Source: Octopus vulgaris (lineage: Eukaryota). From it: a stretch of DNA of 64,000 nt. Under the pieces are notes generated by a model that worked only from the letters and a program-made list of their open reading frames with translations, was not told where the DNA came from and did no database searches. Shown here one piece after another: positions 38,822-50,151 of this stretch (its first letter is position 1; the number at the start of each line of letters is the position of its first letter). The position numbers and the translations under genes were made by a program. The stretch spans positions 85,808,001 through 85,872,000 of the forward strand of contig OX597818.1 of the NCBI GenBank assembly GCA_951406725.2, written 5' to 3'.

Positions 38822-40802
38822 CATCATTGGATTATATTTCTGAAACAGAAACGCATTATATTGTGCTTGAGATGAAGACTCATCAAGCTGCACAAAATCA
38901 CAGTCATGGTAGATAGCAGTGTCACACAAATGGCACCTGTGCCAGTGGCATGTAAAATCACCCATTACACTCTCAGAGTGGTTAGTGTTATGAAGGGCAA
39001 CCAGCCATAGAAAACCATGCCAAATCACCCTGGAGCCTAGTGCAACCTTCCAGCATGCCACCTCAGTCAAACCGTCCAACACATGCCAGCAGGGACAACG
39101 GACATTAGATGATGATGATGATGAGAAGGAGGCAGACAATGATGATGAAGACAAACATGCATATATGGATGTATGTATGTATATATTTTATACATGTGAA
39201 TATATGTGTGTATATATGTATACATGCCCATATGTGTGTAGTATATTTTTACTAAGGAAAGGTTGATAGTGACTTTGAAGTTTCGATTTAGTTGCCTTCA
39301 CCAGGCATAAAAACAAATGCTAACATAGACACACACTCACACACACATACATCTCTAATATATGTATGTATGTATGTATGTATGTACGTACGTATGTGTG
39401 TAGGTATGTATGTATGTATGTATGTATGTATGTATGTGTGTATGTATGTATGTATGTATATGTATGTATGTATGTGTATGTGTGTGTATGTATGTATACA
39501 GGTATATATGTGTAAGAATACAACATAGAAGTTTATCTAAAACCAAAAACAAATGAGGAAGAGAAAAGAAAGAAGAAAATCTTATCAAACAAAGAAGACC
39601 AAAGCTGTGATATTTTCAGATTTCCAGAAATTTCTCCACTTCTGAAAGTGAAGACATGTAACCAAAAATGTATTTCCTGCTCTTAGATTCTTCTTGGTTT
39701 GTTTGTCAGAAAAATCTATTTTTCTTTTAGCAGATCCTCCGCAATTTCAGTTGAATCTGTGCAAAAGACTTGGGTGTTTAATTGGTTCAATGAAGATGTG
39801 AGGGACATATGATAGAGAGGGCGGGAAGAAGATGAGAGAAGAGGGATCAAAGAAGAGATTATGCAGGGGGGGAGAGAGAGAGAGAGAGATAGTGAGGGAG
39901 AGGAGAAAGAAATATTGAGAGAGAGAGTGAAGGGGAATAGAGAGTGAAAGACGGAAGGAAGAGTGATATGGAGAGGTGATGGGGAGAGACATGGAAGAGA
40001 AGGAGAGGACAATGAATGGGAAAGTGAGCTGTGGAGAAAGCGAGGGAGTAGGAGAGAGAAGGAGTGGGAGAAAGAGAGACATAAGAGAAAGAAGCATATT
40101 TAGACAGGTGAAATAAGCACAGCATTTAAATTAAAATTTTATCGTTTGCAAACTGCTCTGTGATGCCAGATAGAATGCCCATATAATCAATCACGTGTGT
40201 TGTTAGTAATTCCGATGTAATTTGCCATATGTCAAAGATGCTTTGGGGTTTTATTCTTATTTCTTTTGCTTCCTTCATTTTCATTCCTTCGTGTTCTCCC
40301 TCACCATGTGTTCATATAAAGTATTAAACTTATATGTCTTCTTGCATCCAATTGTAGCTGCTCATCTGCTCATCTGCTCAGGTTTGACTTGGTTTGGTTT
40401 ATTTTTTTTTTTGCAGCTGCACCAAAGAAATGTGAGTTGTGTGCAGTACGATGTATTTCATCACCATAATCATCACAATCATCATTATCATTGCTATCAA
40501 CAGCAGCAGTATCAACAACAACATTATTATCATCACTACCACCACTACCATCATCATCATCATCACCATCAGCTGTGTTATTTAGTCTTTCTCATGGTAA
40601 GGCAACTGCTATAGTGCTGGTGCTACATAAAGTACACCCAGTACATTCTGTAAAGTGGATGGTATTAAGAAGGGAGCCCAGAAATAATAGAACGTTAGAA
40701 AAATGAGACGTTGGTGGAAGATATGGTCCTCCAGCCTGTTGAATTCTCTCAAAGTGTTTTCCCATACTGGCAGAGAAAGCAAGCATTAAATGATAATGAT
40801 GA

Positions 40803-40850
<48 letters not shown>

Positions 40851-40853
<3 letters not shown>

Positions 40854-41257
40854 CGCAGGAGTGGCTGTGTGGTAAGTAGCTTGTTTATCAACCACATGGT
40901 TCCGGGTTCAGTCCCACTGCGTGGCACCTTGGGCAAGTGTCTTCTACTATAGCCTCGGGCCGACCAAACCCTTGTGAGTGGATTTGGTAGATGGAAACTG
41001 AAAGAAGCCTGTCGTATATATGTATATATATATATATATATGCGTGTGTGTGTTTGTGTATCTGTGTTTGTCCCCCTAGCATTGCTTGACAACCGATGCT
41101 GGTGTGTTTATGTCCCCGTTATTTAGCGGTTCGGCAAAAGAGACCGATAGAATAAGTACTGGGCTTACAAAAGAATAAGTTCCGGGGTCAAGTTGCTCGA
41201 TTAAAGGTGGTGCTCCAGCATGGCCGCAGTCAAATGACTGAAACAAGTAAAAGAGTA
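40851..41257 (+). mobile_element. Full-length, little-diverged SINE-A
   Basis: Nearly identical to the copies at 50743, 59167 and 61947. Confidence 0.9.
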
Positions 41258-41280
41258 TATACATATCCTTTAAGTTCATT

Positions 41281-41460
41281 TATGAGGAATGTGCTGAATA
41301 TGCATCCACACAGAAATGCCTACATACTCCGACCAACCTTCTCATTGATCAAAATTGACAAATGTCCCACAGTACAACATCAATTAATGCCATATCCTCT
41401 GAAGAAATGAATGCATGAAAATGATCTACCTGATGTCCATGGATACCACGGACTACACTG
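41281..41460 (-). pseudogene. Possible decayed SLC22/MFS transporter exon (TM4-TM5 region)
   Basis: The minus frame reads SFSCIHFFRGYGIN*CCTVGHLSILINEKVGRSM*AFLCGCIFSTF, resembling the SLC22 pattern RF..G.G.GG...V.F.L..E.VG...R...G. It has two in-frame stops. Similarity judged by eye only. Confidence 0.35.
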
Positions 41461-41590
41461 CAATCATCCCAGGACTATGATGTTAAGAAATATGTGATTT
41501 GTGGAAATGTGCATAGCAATGCATTAAAATATTTATAAATTCTATCCAAGGATTATTAGAATTATTACTTTATTACTATATATATATAGA

Positions 41591-41794
41591 GAGATGTACT
41601 TGCATAGCAAGTGATTTGATCTGAGATCGTGTGCTGAAACGAAAACAATTGCAGCATGGAAGGTGTTTGTAAGCCATTTAAGAAACACACAAAAGCCGTT
41701 CAATTCACTTCAACATTTAAGTTTAATTTGTCAAAATATTTTCATCGCTTTAAGACCGCGACCTGTTCACTGACAAAAATCCGTGCTGCATCTC
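41591..41794 (-). mobile_element. 204-bp mini-element in (TA)n with short terminal inverted repeat and a hammerhead-like motif
   Basis: Ends GAGATGTA / TGCATCTC (7 of 8 complementary), TA repeats on both sides; motif at 41727-41777. Confidence 0.55.
41727..41777 (-). ncRNA. Atypical type I hammerhead-like motif (G3-C8 swap)
   Basis: UUUGUCA-GUGAACA-G-GUCGC-ggucuuaaa-GCGAU-GAAA-AUAU-UU-UGACAAA: 7-bp stem I, 5-bp stem II, palindromic stem III. Confidence 0.5.
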
Positions 41795-41999
41795 ATATAT
41801 ATACATATATATGTATGTATGTATGTATGTATGTGCAGTGGAACCTTCTTGAACAAATCAGTTTATGAACAATTTTTCAAACATAAAATATCTCCGGTGA
41901 CAATCTGTGTCTCAAGTAATGAACATACAGGCCTGCAACAATCATTGGTGATTGTAAAGTGAGGTTCTATATACATAGAAATAGAAGATATGAGGAGTT

Positions 42000-43065
42000 T
42001 AGATCAAGATGACTCAAAGTTACAGCCATGCGTTCTGAGTGCTGAAATAGGTGTGCCACCAAAAACAGCTGTCAGAGACTATTTTTACCATTCATGATGT
42101 TGCTAAATTTTTAGATTGAATTAAATGAAAATCAAATGACCTTACCCTGCCTTGATTAATTGTTTGCCTTTCCTCACATAGAGCAACATCTGTTGTTGTC
42201 TTTCCCCTGTAGTTTCTGTAGTGTGCACAACAGCAGTTGCTGCAGCATCTCTTGTAAGTCAATCTGCATGTTGTGCTGCAGTCTCTGCAGTTTGTGCAGT
42301 AGCTGTTGAGGAAGCATCTCTTGTTCAGCATGTTGAACGTTGCTCGTTGCTCTGGGCAGCTCATTGTGCAGCAATATGTGCTAACTGATCACAACACTGG
42401 TCTTCACTTTCCTATCTTCATGCTGAAGCCATCCTAAGTGCATTGAGAGAGTTCCTCCTTGCAGCGTCCTTGGCAGATTTATTTGTCCTAAGTCAAAGAG
42501 GGCACACATGTCAAATTTGGTGAAATTTGGTTGAAAATTGTAGGAGTAGAAGTTGTTCATACAACACACACACACACACACACAGAGACAACTAGCCTTT
42601 TAATATATAAGATCAAACACGTACTGTTGCATAGTCGTGGTGGGTTCAAATCTTAAGTGAATTGAGAGTAGTCTATTTATGTTGGGGGCATGGAATTTCG
42701 AGGTAAAAATTATAAGAAAAAGCATCTTAAATCAAAGAGAGCACACATGTCAAATTTAGTGAAATTCGGTTGAAAATTGTAGGAGTAGAAGTGGTTCACA
42801 CAACACACAAACACAGACAGCTTGCCTTTTAATATATAAGATCAAATGCGTACCATTGCATAGATGTGGTGGGTTCAAATCCTAGGTCAATTGAGAGTAG
42901 TCTATTTATGTTGGGGGCATGGAATTTCGAGGTAAAAATTATAAGAAAAAGTGTCCTAAGTCAAAGAAAGCACACATGTCAAATTTGGTGAAATTTGGTT
43001 GAAAATTGTAGGAGTAGAAGTAGTTTATATAACACACACACAACTTGCCTTTTAATATACAAGAT
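42000..43065 (-). mobile_element. Helitron relic: three tandem 5' ends plus decayed N-terminal 23-aa repeats
   Basis: A|TCTT(A/G)TATATTAAAAGGC termini at 42612, 42841 and 43064. The downstream minus frame reads AAQSNEQRSTC*TRDASSTATAQ/TAETAAQHAD*LTRDAAATAVVH/TTETTGERQQQML. Confidence 0.6.
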
Positions 43066-43707
43066 AAATACTTGCATAGCTGACACAATGGAAAAAAGAC
43101 ATGATTCCTGACTTGGTGGTACTTTTGCTGGAAACCCTGTGCAGAAGATTTATATGTGCAAACAATTTTTATAGCAAAAGAAACCTGAAGTGCTATGAAT
43201 GTTACACATGCTTTCATATCCAACACCATTGTTTTTAATACATGCTATATTGCCTTTGGTAAAAGGTAATTGACACAACAAGTACACATAACTGATGCAA
43301 CATTTCCGCCTAGAAATGTGTAACTGATGCCACGTTGAAACTCAAATACCAATTAGTATTACACACTTCTTTTTTAATCAATCAGGACAATGAGGAATTG
43401 ATCAAAAGATAAAAACACACACTACGTATTCAAAATGTGTGCTACACATGAACACAAACTTCTACATAACATTTCTTGAAGCTTATTGCAGCATATGCAT
43501 AATGTCTTAGATAATTCAATCTAGATATTTTGCATGCATTGCAGGTAACAGTAGGAGCCCTATAATACAGTAAGTCACTGATCATAATGTGGCTGAAATT
43601 TCCATTGAACAGTGAGTGCACAAGCAGGTTCATAAAAATAAAAATAAGAAATAAGTGGAAATTTTACCAGTGAGTGTGTTACAATATAAGACACAAAAAG
43701 AAAATGA

Positions 43708-44331
43708 GGATCTTTTCCTTTTGAACGGCAGACAATTTCTAGTTAATTAAACACTTTAAAACTTCGTATACTGGTAGAATGTGTCAAAATAAAACATTTT
43801 TTTCTCTTGGCTTTCTTGAGAAAATTGTAATTTGTTTGTTTAACGTAATTTAATTTTTCGAATTTTAACCAATCCTATGCTCTCTTTTGAGCTAAAATCA
43901 TTTGCTGCGTCTAAAACTGAGACAACATCCTATAACTAACCCTAACCCTAAATTTTTTTTTCTTAATTGTTGAATTAATTTAATTGTTACGCATGTAAAA
44001 AAAAACTAAAGCAATGGAATTAAATTAATTTAACAATTAAGAAAAAAAAATTAGGGTTAGGGTTAGGGGAGAGGTTTAGGGTTAGTTACAGGATGTTGTC
44101 TCAGTTCTAGACGCAGCAAATGATTTTAGTTGAATGGAGGTGATCGATTGGTTAAAATTGCCAAAATGCTCGGATTTTCAGACGAAATATCTTACAAACT
44201 ATAGAATTTTCTCAATAAAACCAAGAGAAAATGATGTTTTATAAACGCATTCTACCAGTATACGAAGTTTAAAAGTGTTTAGTTAACTAGAAATTGTGTT
44301 GACATCTGCCGTTTTCAAAAGGAAAAGATCC
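43708..44331. mobile_element. 624-bp fold-back non-autonomous DNA transposon, Merlin-like (GG termini, 8-bp TSD), with TTAGGG repeats
   Basis: TSD GAAAATGA at 43700-43707 and 44332-44339; TIR GGATCTTTTCCTTTTGAA. The arms are complementary almost to the centre. Confidence 0.8.
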
Positions 44332-44409
44332 GAAAATGACTCTCCCCAGACACAACAGAATATGCTTCAACACACGAACTCATGATGAGCACACTGAGCT
44401 TCATATATA

Positions 44410-44970
44410 TTTTACCCCAGCATCACTTTGATGGCATGCACAGCTCTCTCACTCAATAATAATAATAATAATAATAATAATTGGTATAAAAGATGGGCTA
44501 AAGCAAATATTCTGCTCCATACCCACAGATTTGCTTGTCAGTTGTTTGACCTTAACCAGTTGAGCATGTCCCTTAGTGGCTGACGATATGTGCATCTCTG
44601 ATCATGAGCAGAAGTAGTGGGGGAGCATCATAGCTGTGTGTTGAAAGGAATTCTTAGAGGTTTGGATAATTCACCTTTGGAAACATGGGTGTTTCGTTCA
44701 ACATCCTTAAACAACCCTTATTCAGGGACCTTTTGAGCAGGATGGGCTACTCAACCAGAAGAAAATTCTAACTGGGCCCCACCAGCAAGGTCATGTGCTG
44801 TTTGTCTTGATATGAGATCACTATGTCATGCACCACAGGGTTGTGATGCATGTGTCTAGTGTACCCTTATCAGACGGGTAGTCATGATGGGTATACTGGG
44901 CTTTGTATATTTTTATCCCAGTGTCACTTTGATGGCATACACTGCTCTCTCACTCAATAATAATAATAAT
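44410..44970. mobile_element. Unclassified repeat with duplicated end (cactttgatggcat..ctctctcactc(AAT)n)
   Basis: The end motif occurs at about 44410-44480 and 44910-44970. The interior matches 5970-6240. Confidence 0.65.
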
Positions 44971-46151
44971 TATCGCATAGTTAAGAAACTCACTTTCCAA
45001 CCACATGGCTTTGGGTTTAGTTCCACTGCATGGTACCTTGGGCAAATGTTTTCTAGTTTGGCACTGGATGCCTTGTGAGTGAATTTGGTTGATAGAAACT
45101 GTGTGGAAGTCTGCCATGTATAATTTAGTATGTATCTTTATTTCTTGTGTTTTAACTTTTACTTGCTTCAGGCATTTGATTGTGGCTGTGCTGGATGGGT
45201 TTTAATTGAGTGAATTGATTCCAGTACTTACATTAAGCTATGAGGAAGTATACAAACTAACACTGGTTGTCAAATGGTGGTGGAGGATAACCACAATGAC
45301 GTGCACACACAGATATATATGCAGATTGTGGCGGAGTGTATATGCACACACACACATACACACACGTACATGATGGACCTCTTTCAGTTTCTGTCTGCCA
45401 AATCCACTCAAGGTTTTGACCAACCTGGGGTTATATAGTAGAAGACACTTGCCCAAGATTCCATACATTGGGACTGAACCTGGAACTACACACACATACA
45501 TACATACACATGCATATATGTATGACTTTGTGCTTGTCCCCCACCCCCACATCCCTGCTTGAAAACTGTTGATGGTTTGTTTACATCCCTGTAGCTTAGC
45601 AGTGTAACAAAAGAGACTACTGTACTGTGGTGGATTCATTTGATTAAACCCTTTAAGGTGGTGCCCCAACATGGTCACAGTCTAATGAGGAAAACAAGTA
45701 AAAGATGAAAGACAAAGATAAATAGAGGGCCACAAGTGTTGGCAGGGTGTATAGTCTATCATATGGACCACAGTATTTTACTGGTACTTTATTATAATGG
45801 GTTAATTAAAACTGAAAAGACAACTCACTGACCCTTTTTAGGGGTTCCTGTTGCTAGTGGATGGGAAAGGAGAGAGTTGTTCTCAAACACAAGGTGCTGG
45901 AATGATTAGGTGCAGGCATGACTGTAGATGTAGGTATGTCGATGTGGTAAGAAGTTTGCTTCTCAATCACATGGTTCCAGGTTCAGTCTCACTGTTTGGC
46001 ACCTTGGGCTAGTGTCTTCTCATACAACAGCTCTGGGCAGACCAAAGACGAAATGGATTTGGTAGATGGAAACTCAAATAAACCCATTATGTGTGTGTGT
46101 GTATGTATGTATGTATGTATGTATGTATATCACACATACACGTGTGTGTGT

Positions 46152-46182
<31 letters not shown>

Positions 46183-46219
46183 CGTGCGTGCGTGCGTGTG
46201 TGCGTGCGTGCGTGCGTGC

Positions 46220-46260
<41 letters not shown>

Positions 46261-46262
<2 letters not shown>

Positions 46263-46603
46263 GGCACATGGCTCAGTGATTAGAGTGTTGGGCTCACAGT
46301 CATGACATGGTGAGTTCAATTCCTGGACCGGACTGTGTGTTGTGTTCTTGAGAAAAACACTTTATTTCACTTTGCTCCAGTTCAGTCAGCTGTAGAAATG
46401 ATTTGCAATGTCACTGGTGTCAAATTGTATCAGCCTTTGCCTTTCCCTTGGATAACATTGGTGGCATGGAGAGGTGAGTGGCATGCATGGGCAACTGCTG
46501 TTCTTCCATAAACAACCTTGCTCAAACTTGTGTCTTGGAGGGTAACTTTCTAGGTGCAATCCCATAGTCATTCATGATTGGAAGGGGCCTTTACCCATTT
46601 ACC
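46261..46603 (+). mobile_element. tRNA-derived SINE-D inserted in a (TG)n tract (relatives at about 9705-9930, 29013-29260, and 37880-37958 on the minus strand)
   Basis: Head AAGGCACATGGCTCAGTGATTAGAGTG...GAGTTCAATTCC, then TGTGTTCTTGAG..AACACTTTATTTCAC.TTGCTCCAG. Confidence 0.8.
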
Positions 46604-46678
46604 CTGTGTGTGTGTGAGGGGAGTATATTTATGTATGGTGCATACATTTATGTCTCTTTGCTTTGATATCACATGATA

Positions 46679-47557
46679 CAGTAATTCCTCAACTATCGCA
46701 GGTGCTACATTCCAAAATCCCCCACAGTAGGTGAAAATCCACAAAGTAGAAACATTACTGTACAGTATATTTTTTTATTATTTTTATTTGTATATATTTA
46801 TTTTATTATAAATGCAAAACAGCACCACACACTCACTTCCCAAGTTTCATTTACCATACAGTATGTGCGATTCTTTGCTTACTTGTCTCTACGGTACACT
46901 ACATATTTTCTTTTAACATATCTTAATTAATAGGCATAGGAGTGGCTGTGTGGTAAGTAGCTTGCTTACGAACCACATGGTTATGGGTTCAGTCCTACTG
47001 TGTGGCACCTTGGGCAACTGACTTCTACTATAGCCTTGGGCCGACCAAAGCCTTGTGAGTGGATTTGGTAGACGGAAACTGAAAGAAGCCTGTTGTATAT
47101 ATGTATATATATATATGTGTGTGTGTGTGTATGTGTATATGTGGCTGTGTTTGTCCCCGCAACATCTCTTGACAACCGATGCTGGTGTGTTTACGTCCGT
47201 GTAACTTAGCAGTTCGGCAAAAGAGAACAATAGAATAAGTACTAGTCGATTTGCTCGACTAAAGGTGGTGCTCCAGCATGACCACAGTCAAAATGACTGA
47301 AACAAGTAAAAGAAAATGCTATACAGTGCAATACTGAACTGTATTTTTATTTATTAATTTATTAATTTTTTAGGCGTGAAAATGCTTGTTTTAACCACAG
47401 AAATAATAAAAATCTAAAAAAATCTAAATTCTTATCAGTTTCAGAAACCTGCAGTATAGTGAGGAGACCACGATATGAATTTACATATATTAGCCAGAAA
47501 AATCTGTGATGTACTGGGGGTGCGATAAGTGAACTACAATATGGCAAGTGACTACTG
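46679..47557 (+). mobile_element. Tigger/pogo-like non-autonomous element (TA TSD), interrupted by SINE-A at 46933-47313
   Basis: TA|CAGTAATTCCTC ... GTGACTACTG|TA. The same family occurs in the opposite orientation at 61049-61466. Confidence 0.78.
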
Positions 47558-47718
47558 TAGTTGTAAATAAGCATCACTGTTATACAAGCAGTGCCTTTCA
47601 TGTCTGGCCATGGGGATATATTACCTTGCTTGGAAACAAGTGAGGGTTGGCAACAAGGAAAATATCCAGCCATAGAAAACCTCCCTCATATAAACTCTGT
47701 CTCATCCACAGAAATATT

Positions 47719-47933
47719 CTTTTCTACTCTAGGCACAAGGCCTGAAATATTTTGGGAGGGAGCCAGTCGATTAGGTCGACCCCAGTATGCAAATGGTACT
47801 TAATTTATTGACCCTGAAAGGATGAAAGGCAAAGCTGGCCTCAGTGGAATTTGAACTCAGAACTTGAAGATAGATGAAATACTACTAAGTATTTCACCTG
47901 GCGTGCTAATATTTCTGTCAGCTTACTACCTTA
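47719..47933 (-). mobile_element. SINE-B with 15-bp TSD
   Basis: ATCCACAGAAATATT (47704-47718) / ATCCATAGAAATATT (47934-47948). Confidence 0.85.
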
Positions 47934-48364
47934 ATCCATAGAAATATTGAAAAGTCAATGTTAGATGATGATGATGAAGGCCTGTCTTCCATGTTTACAA
48001 CAGATTGGATATTGTGAAAAGCACCTGAGGGCCAGATAGTGTCTGTGATGCCAAAACAGGCACGAACAGTCCTATGAACCCTAGAAGCATGAAGAAAGGC
48101 AATGTCGATTCCAGGTTGTAACTAAAGCACCACAAGGCATTTTGTTTGTTGTTCTGTTGATTTTGCAATCCGCATTCTTTGCCATCCATGGTAATAGAAA
48201 AACTGTCAGAATTTAAAATGAAAATGTTATAGAGCTGCTAAGTGTTAATTATACATTGAATGTAAAACTTTGGATTAAATCTGGATCTGAGTGTGTGTGT
48301 GTGCGTGCGTTTGTGTTTGTGTTTGTGTGTGTAGCAGAGAGGAGGGAGTGTGATAGATTGAGGT

Positions 48365-48600
48365 ATCTGGCTGTGAAGTAATGAACACTGGGGGGAGGGT
48401 GTTAAATTGAGATATCTGACTGTGAGGTAATGAAGAGGAAGGATGTTAGATTTAAAAATCTGATTGTGATGATAATGAGGAAGGAGAGGGGTTTGGATTT
48501 TGAAAATAATTTGGCTGGGAGGTAAGGCAAATGCAGGATGGGCAGGTGGGTATTTATAGATCTGACTGTGAAGTAATGGAACAAGAGGGATAAGGGGGAA
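48365..48600. repeat. Degenerate minisatellite, 5 units of 44-51 bp with core ATCTGACTGTGARGTAATG
   Basis: Cores at 48365, 48414, 48458, 48509 and 48560. Confidence 0.65.
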
Positions 48601-48759
48601 GCAGTGGGAGCAGAGAGGAAGGCTGGTTGCTGTTTGATTGAGAGATCCACAACAGATGTCAGCTTTCACGGATCTTTTCTAGATTTTTTTTCTTATTTCT
48701 TTTTAATCTTGTTGTTTTTGTTAATTCCTTAACAAGAATTAATGGCAATGATTGTCACT

Positions 48760-49380
48760 TTGGTGGTGTTGTTTGTTGTGTAGCTGTAGTTGTTGAGGTG
48801 GTGGAGGTGATTTGGGAACAGGAGTAGCAGAGGTAGTAGTGGTACTAGAACAAGTGGTGTCAGTGGGGCTGCTTGTGGTGATATGTAGTTGCGGTGGTAG
48901 CAGTGGTGGTTGTAGTGGTGGTGGTGGTGATGGTGGTGGTGGAAGTGGTGGTGGTGGTGTTGGTGATGGCGGTGGCAGCAGTAGTGGTGAAGGTGGTGGT
49001 GGTGGTGGTAGTAGTATGGTGGTGGTTGTGGTAGTGGTAGTAGTAGTGGTAGTGGTGGTGGTGGTGGTAATGGTGGTAGTGGTAGTGGTGGCGGCGGCAG
49101 CAACAGTGGTGGTTGTAGTAGTAATGGTGGTGGTGGTTGTGGCAGTATTAGTAGTAGTGGTAGCGGTTGTGGTGGTATTGGTGGTGGTGGTGGTGGTGGT
49201 GGCGGTGGTGGCAGCGGAGGCAGTGGTTGTGGTGGTGGTGGGAGTTGTGGTAGTGGTAGTGGTGATGGTGGTGGTGGTGGTCGTCGTCATCGTCATCCTG
49301 TTAATTCCATCATGGTGGTGGTTAGCTGCAGTATTAGTAGTGGTGATATTAGTTGTAGTATTAGTTGGTTGTAGTTTTGG
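48760..49380. repeat. Compound (GGT/AGT)n triplet tract
   Basis: Visible directly; it is the source of the poly-V/T/P/H artefact ORFs. Confidence 0.95.
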
Positions 49381-49643
49381 AACATTGAAGGATATGATAA
49401 AGCAAAAGTGGATAGACAGTTAGAAAGAAAACAAAATGAGAGAAACAAAGAAGGAAAGAAAGAAAGGAAGAAAGAAAGGGAGAAGGGACATAAGGAATAG
49501 ATGGGGGGAGGAGAAGAAGAGAAAAAGAGGAAATATAATAGAGGAAGAAGGGGAGAAGCAAAGGAAGAGTATGAGTATATATGTGTGTGTGTGTGTGTAC
49601 ATACATGTGTAAACATATGTACATGTGTGTGTGTATGTGTATG

Positions 49644-49689
<46 letters not shown>

Positions 49690-50151
49690 CACACACAGAG
49701 AAAAAGAGAGATCGAGAGAAGAAAACTGTAGAGATTGAAGAAAGAAAAAAAGAAAAATAAGAGAAAGAGAAGAAAAATTAGAAAAAGAAGAGAGACTGAG
49801 GTGGTGGTGGGGTGGGGGGATATTCTGGATCAATTTAAGAAATATAATAAAAATCAGAGAAAACAAACATGGAGCAGAACTGTTTAACTTATAATTTTCA
49901 ATCAATTTTGTTATTCTAGAATATCTCCACACACTACACACTACACACTACACACTACACACACACATGTGTACATACATATACACATGCACAAACATAC
50001 ACATATCTGTCTCTTTGCAAACACTCCAGCATCCTGCACCACGTCCCCTTCCATTACCGAAAGATCATTAAGAGAATCACTTCTGGCAGTTTTCATTACG
50101 CATTTACATCTTGGAGCTGTTTAATTTTACCGAATGGTTTTGTTTAAGAAA

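Noticed and set aside
43930-44090. Telomere or chromosome-fusion scar
   Set aside because: Only 2-4 hexamers per side, symmetrically placed inside a TIR/TSD-bounded transposon.
47995-48205. Minus-strand 64-aa ORF with a hydrophobic stretch (TLPFFMLLGFIGLFVPVLA) as a coding exon
   Set aside because: It has a plausible acceptor but a weak donor and no recognisable family. It does not fit the order of the putative SLC22 fragments, so it is left uncalled.
48365-48600. CRISPR-like repeat-spacer pattern
   Set aside because: Eukaryotic context, degenerate non-palindromic repeats, spacers related to each other and no cas genes.
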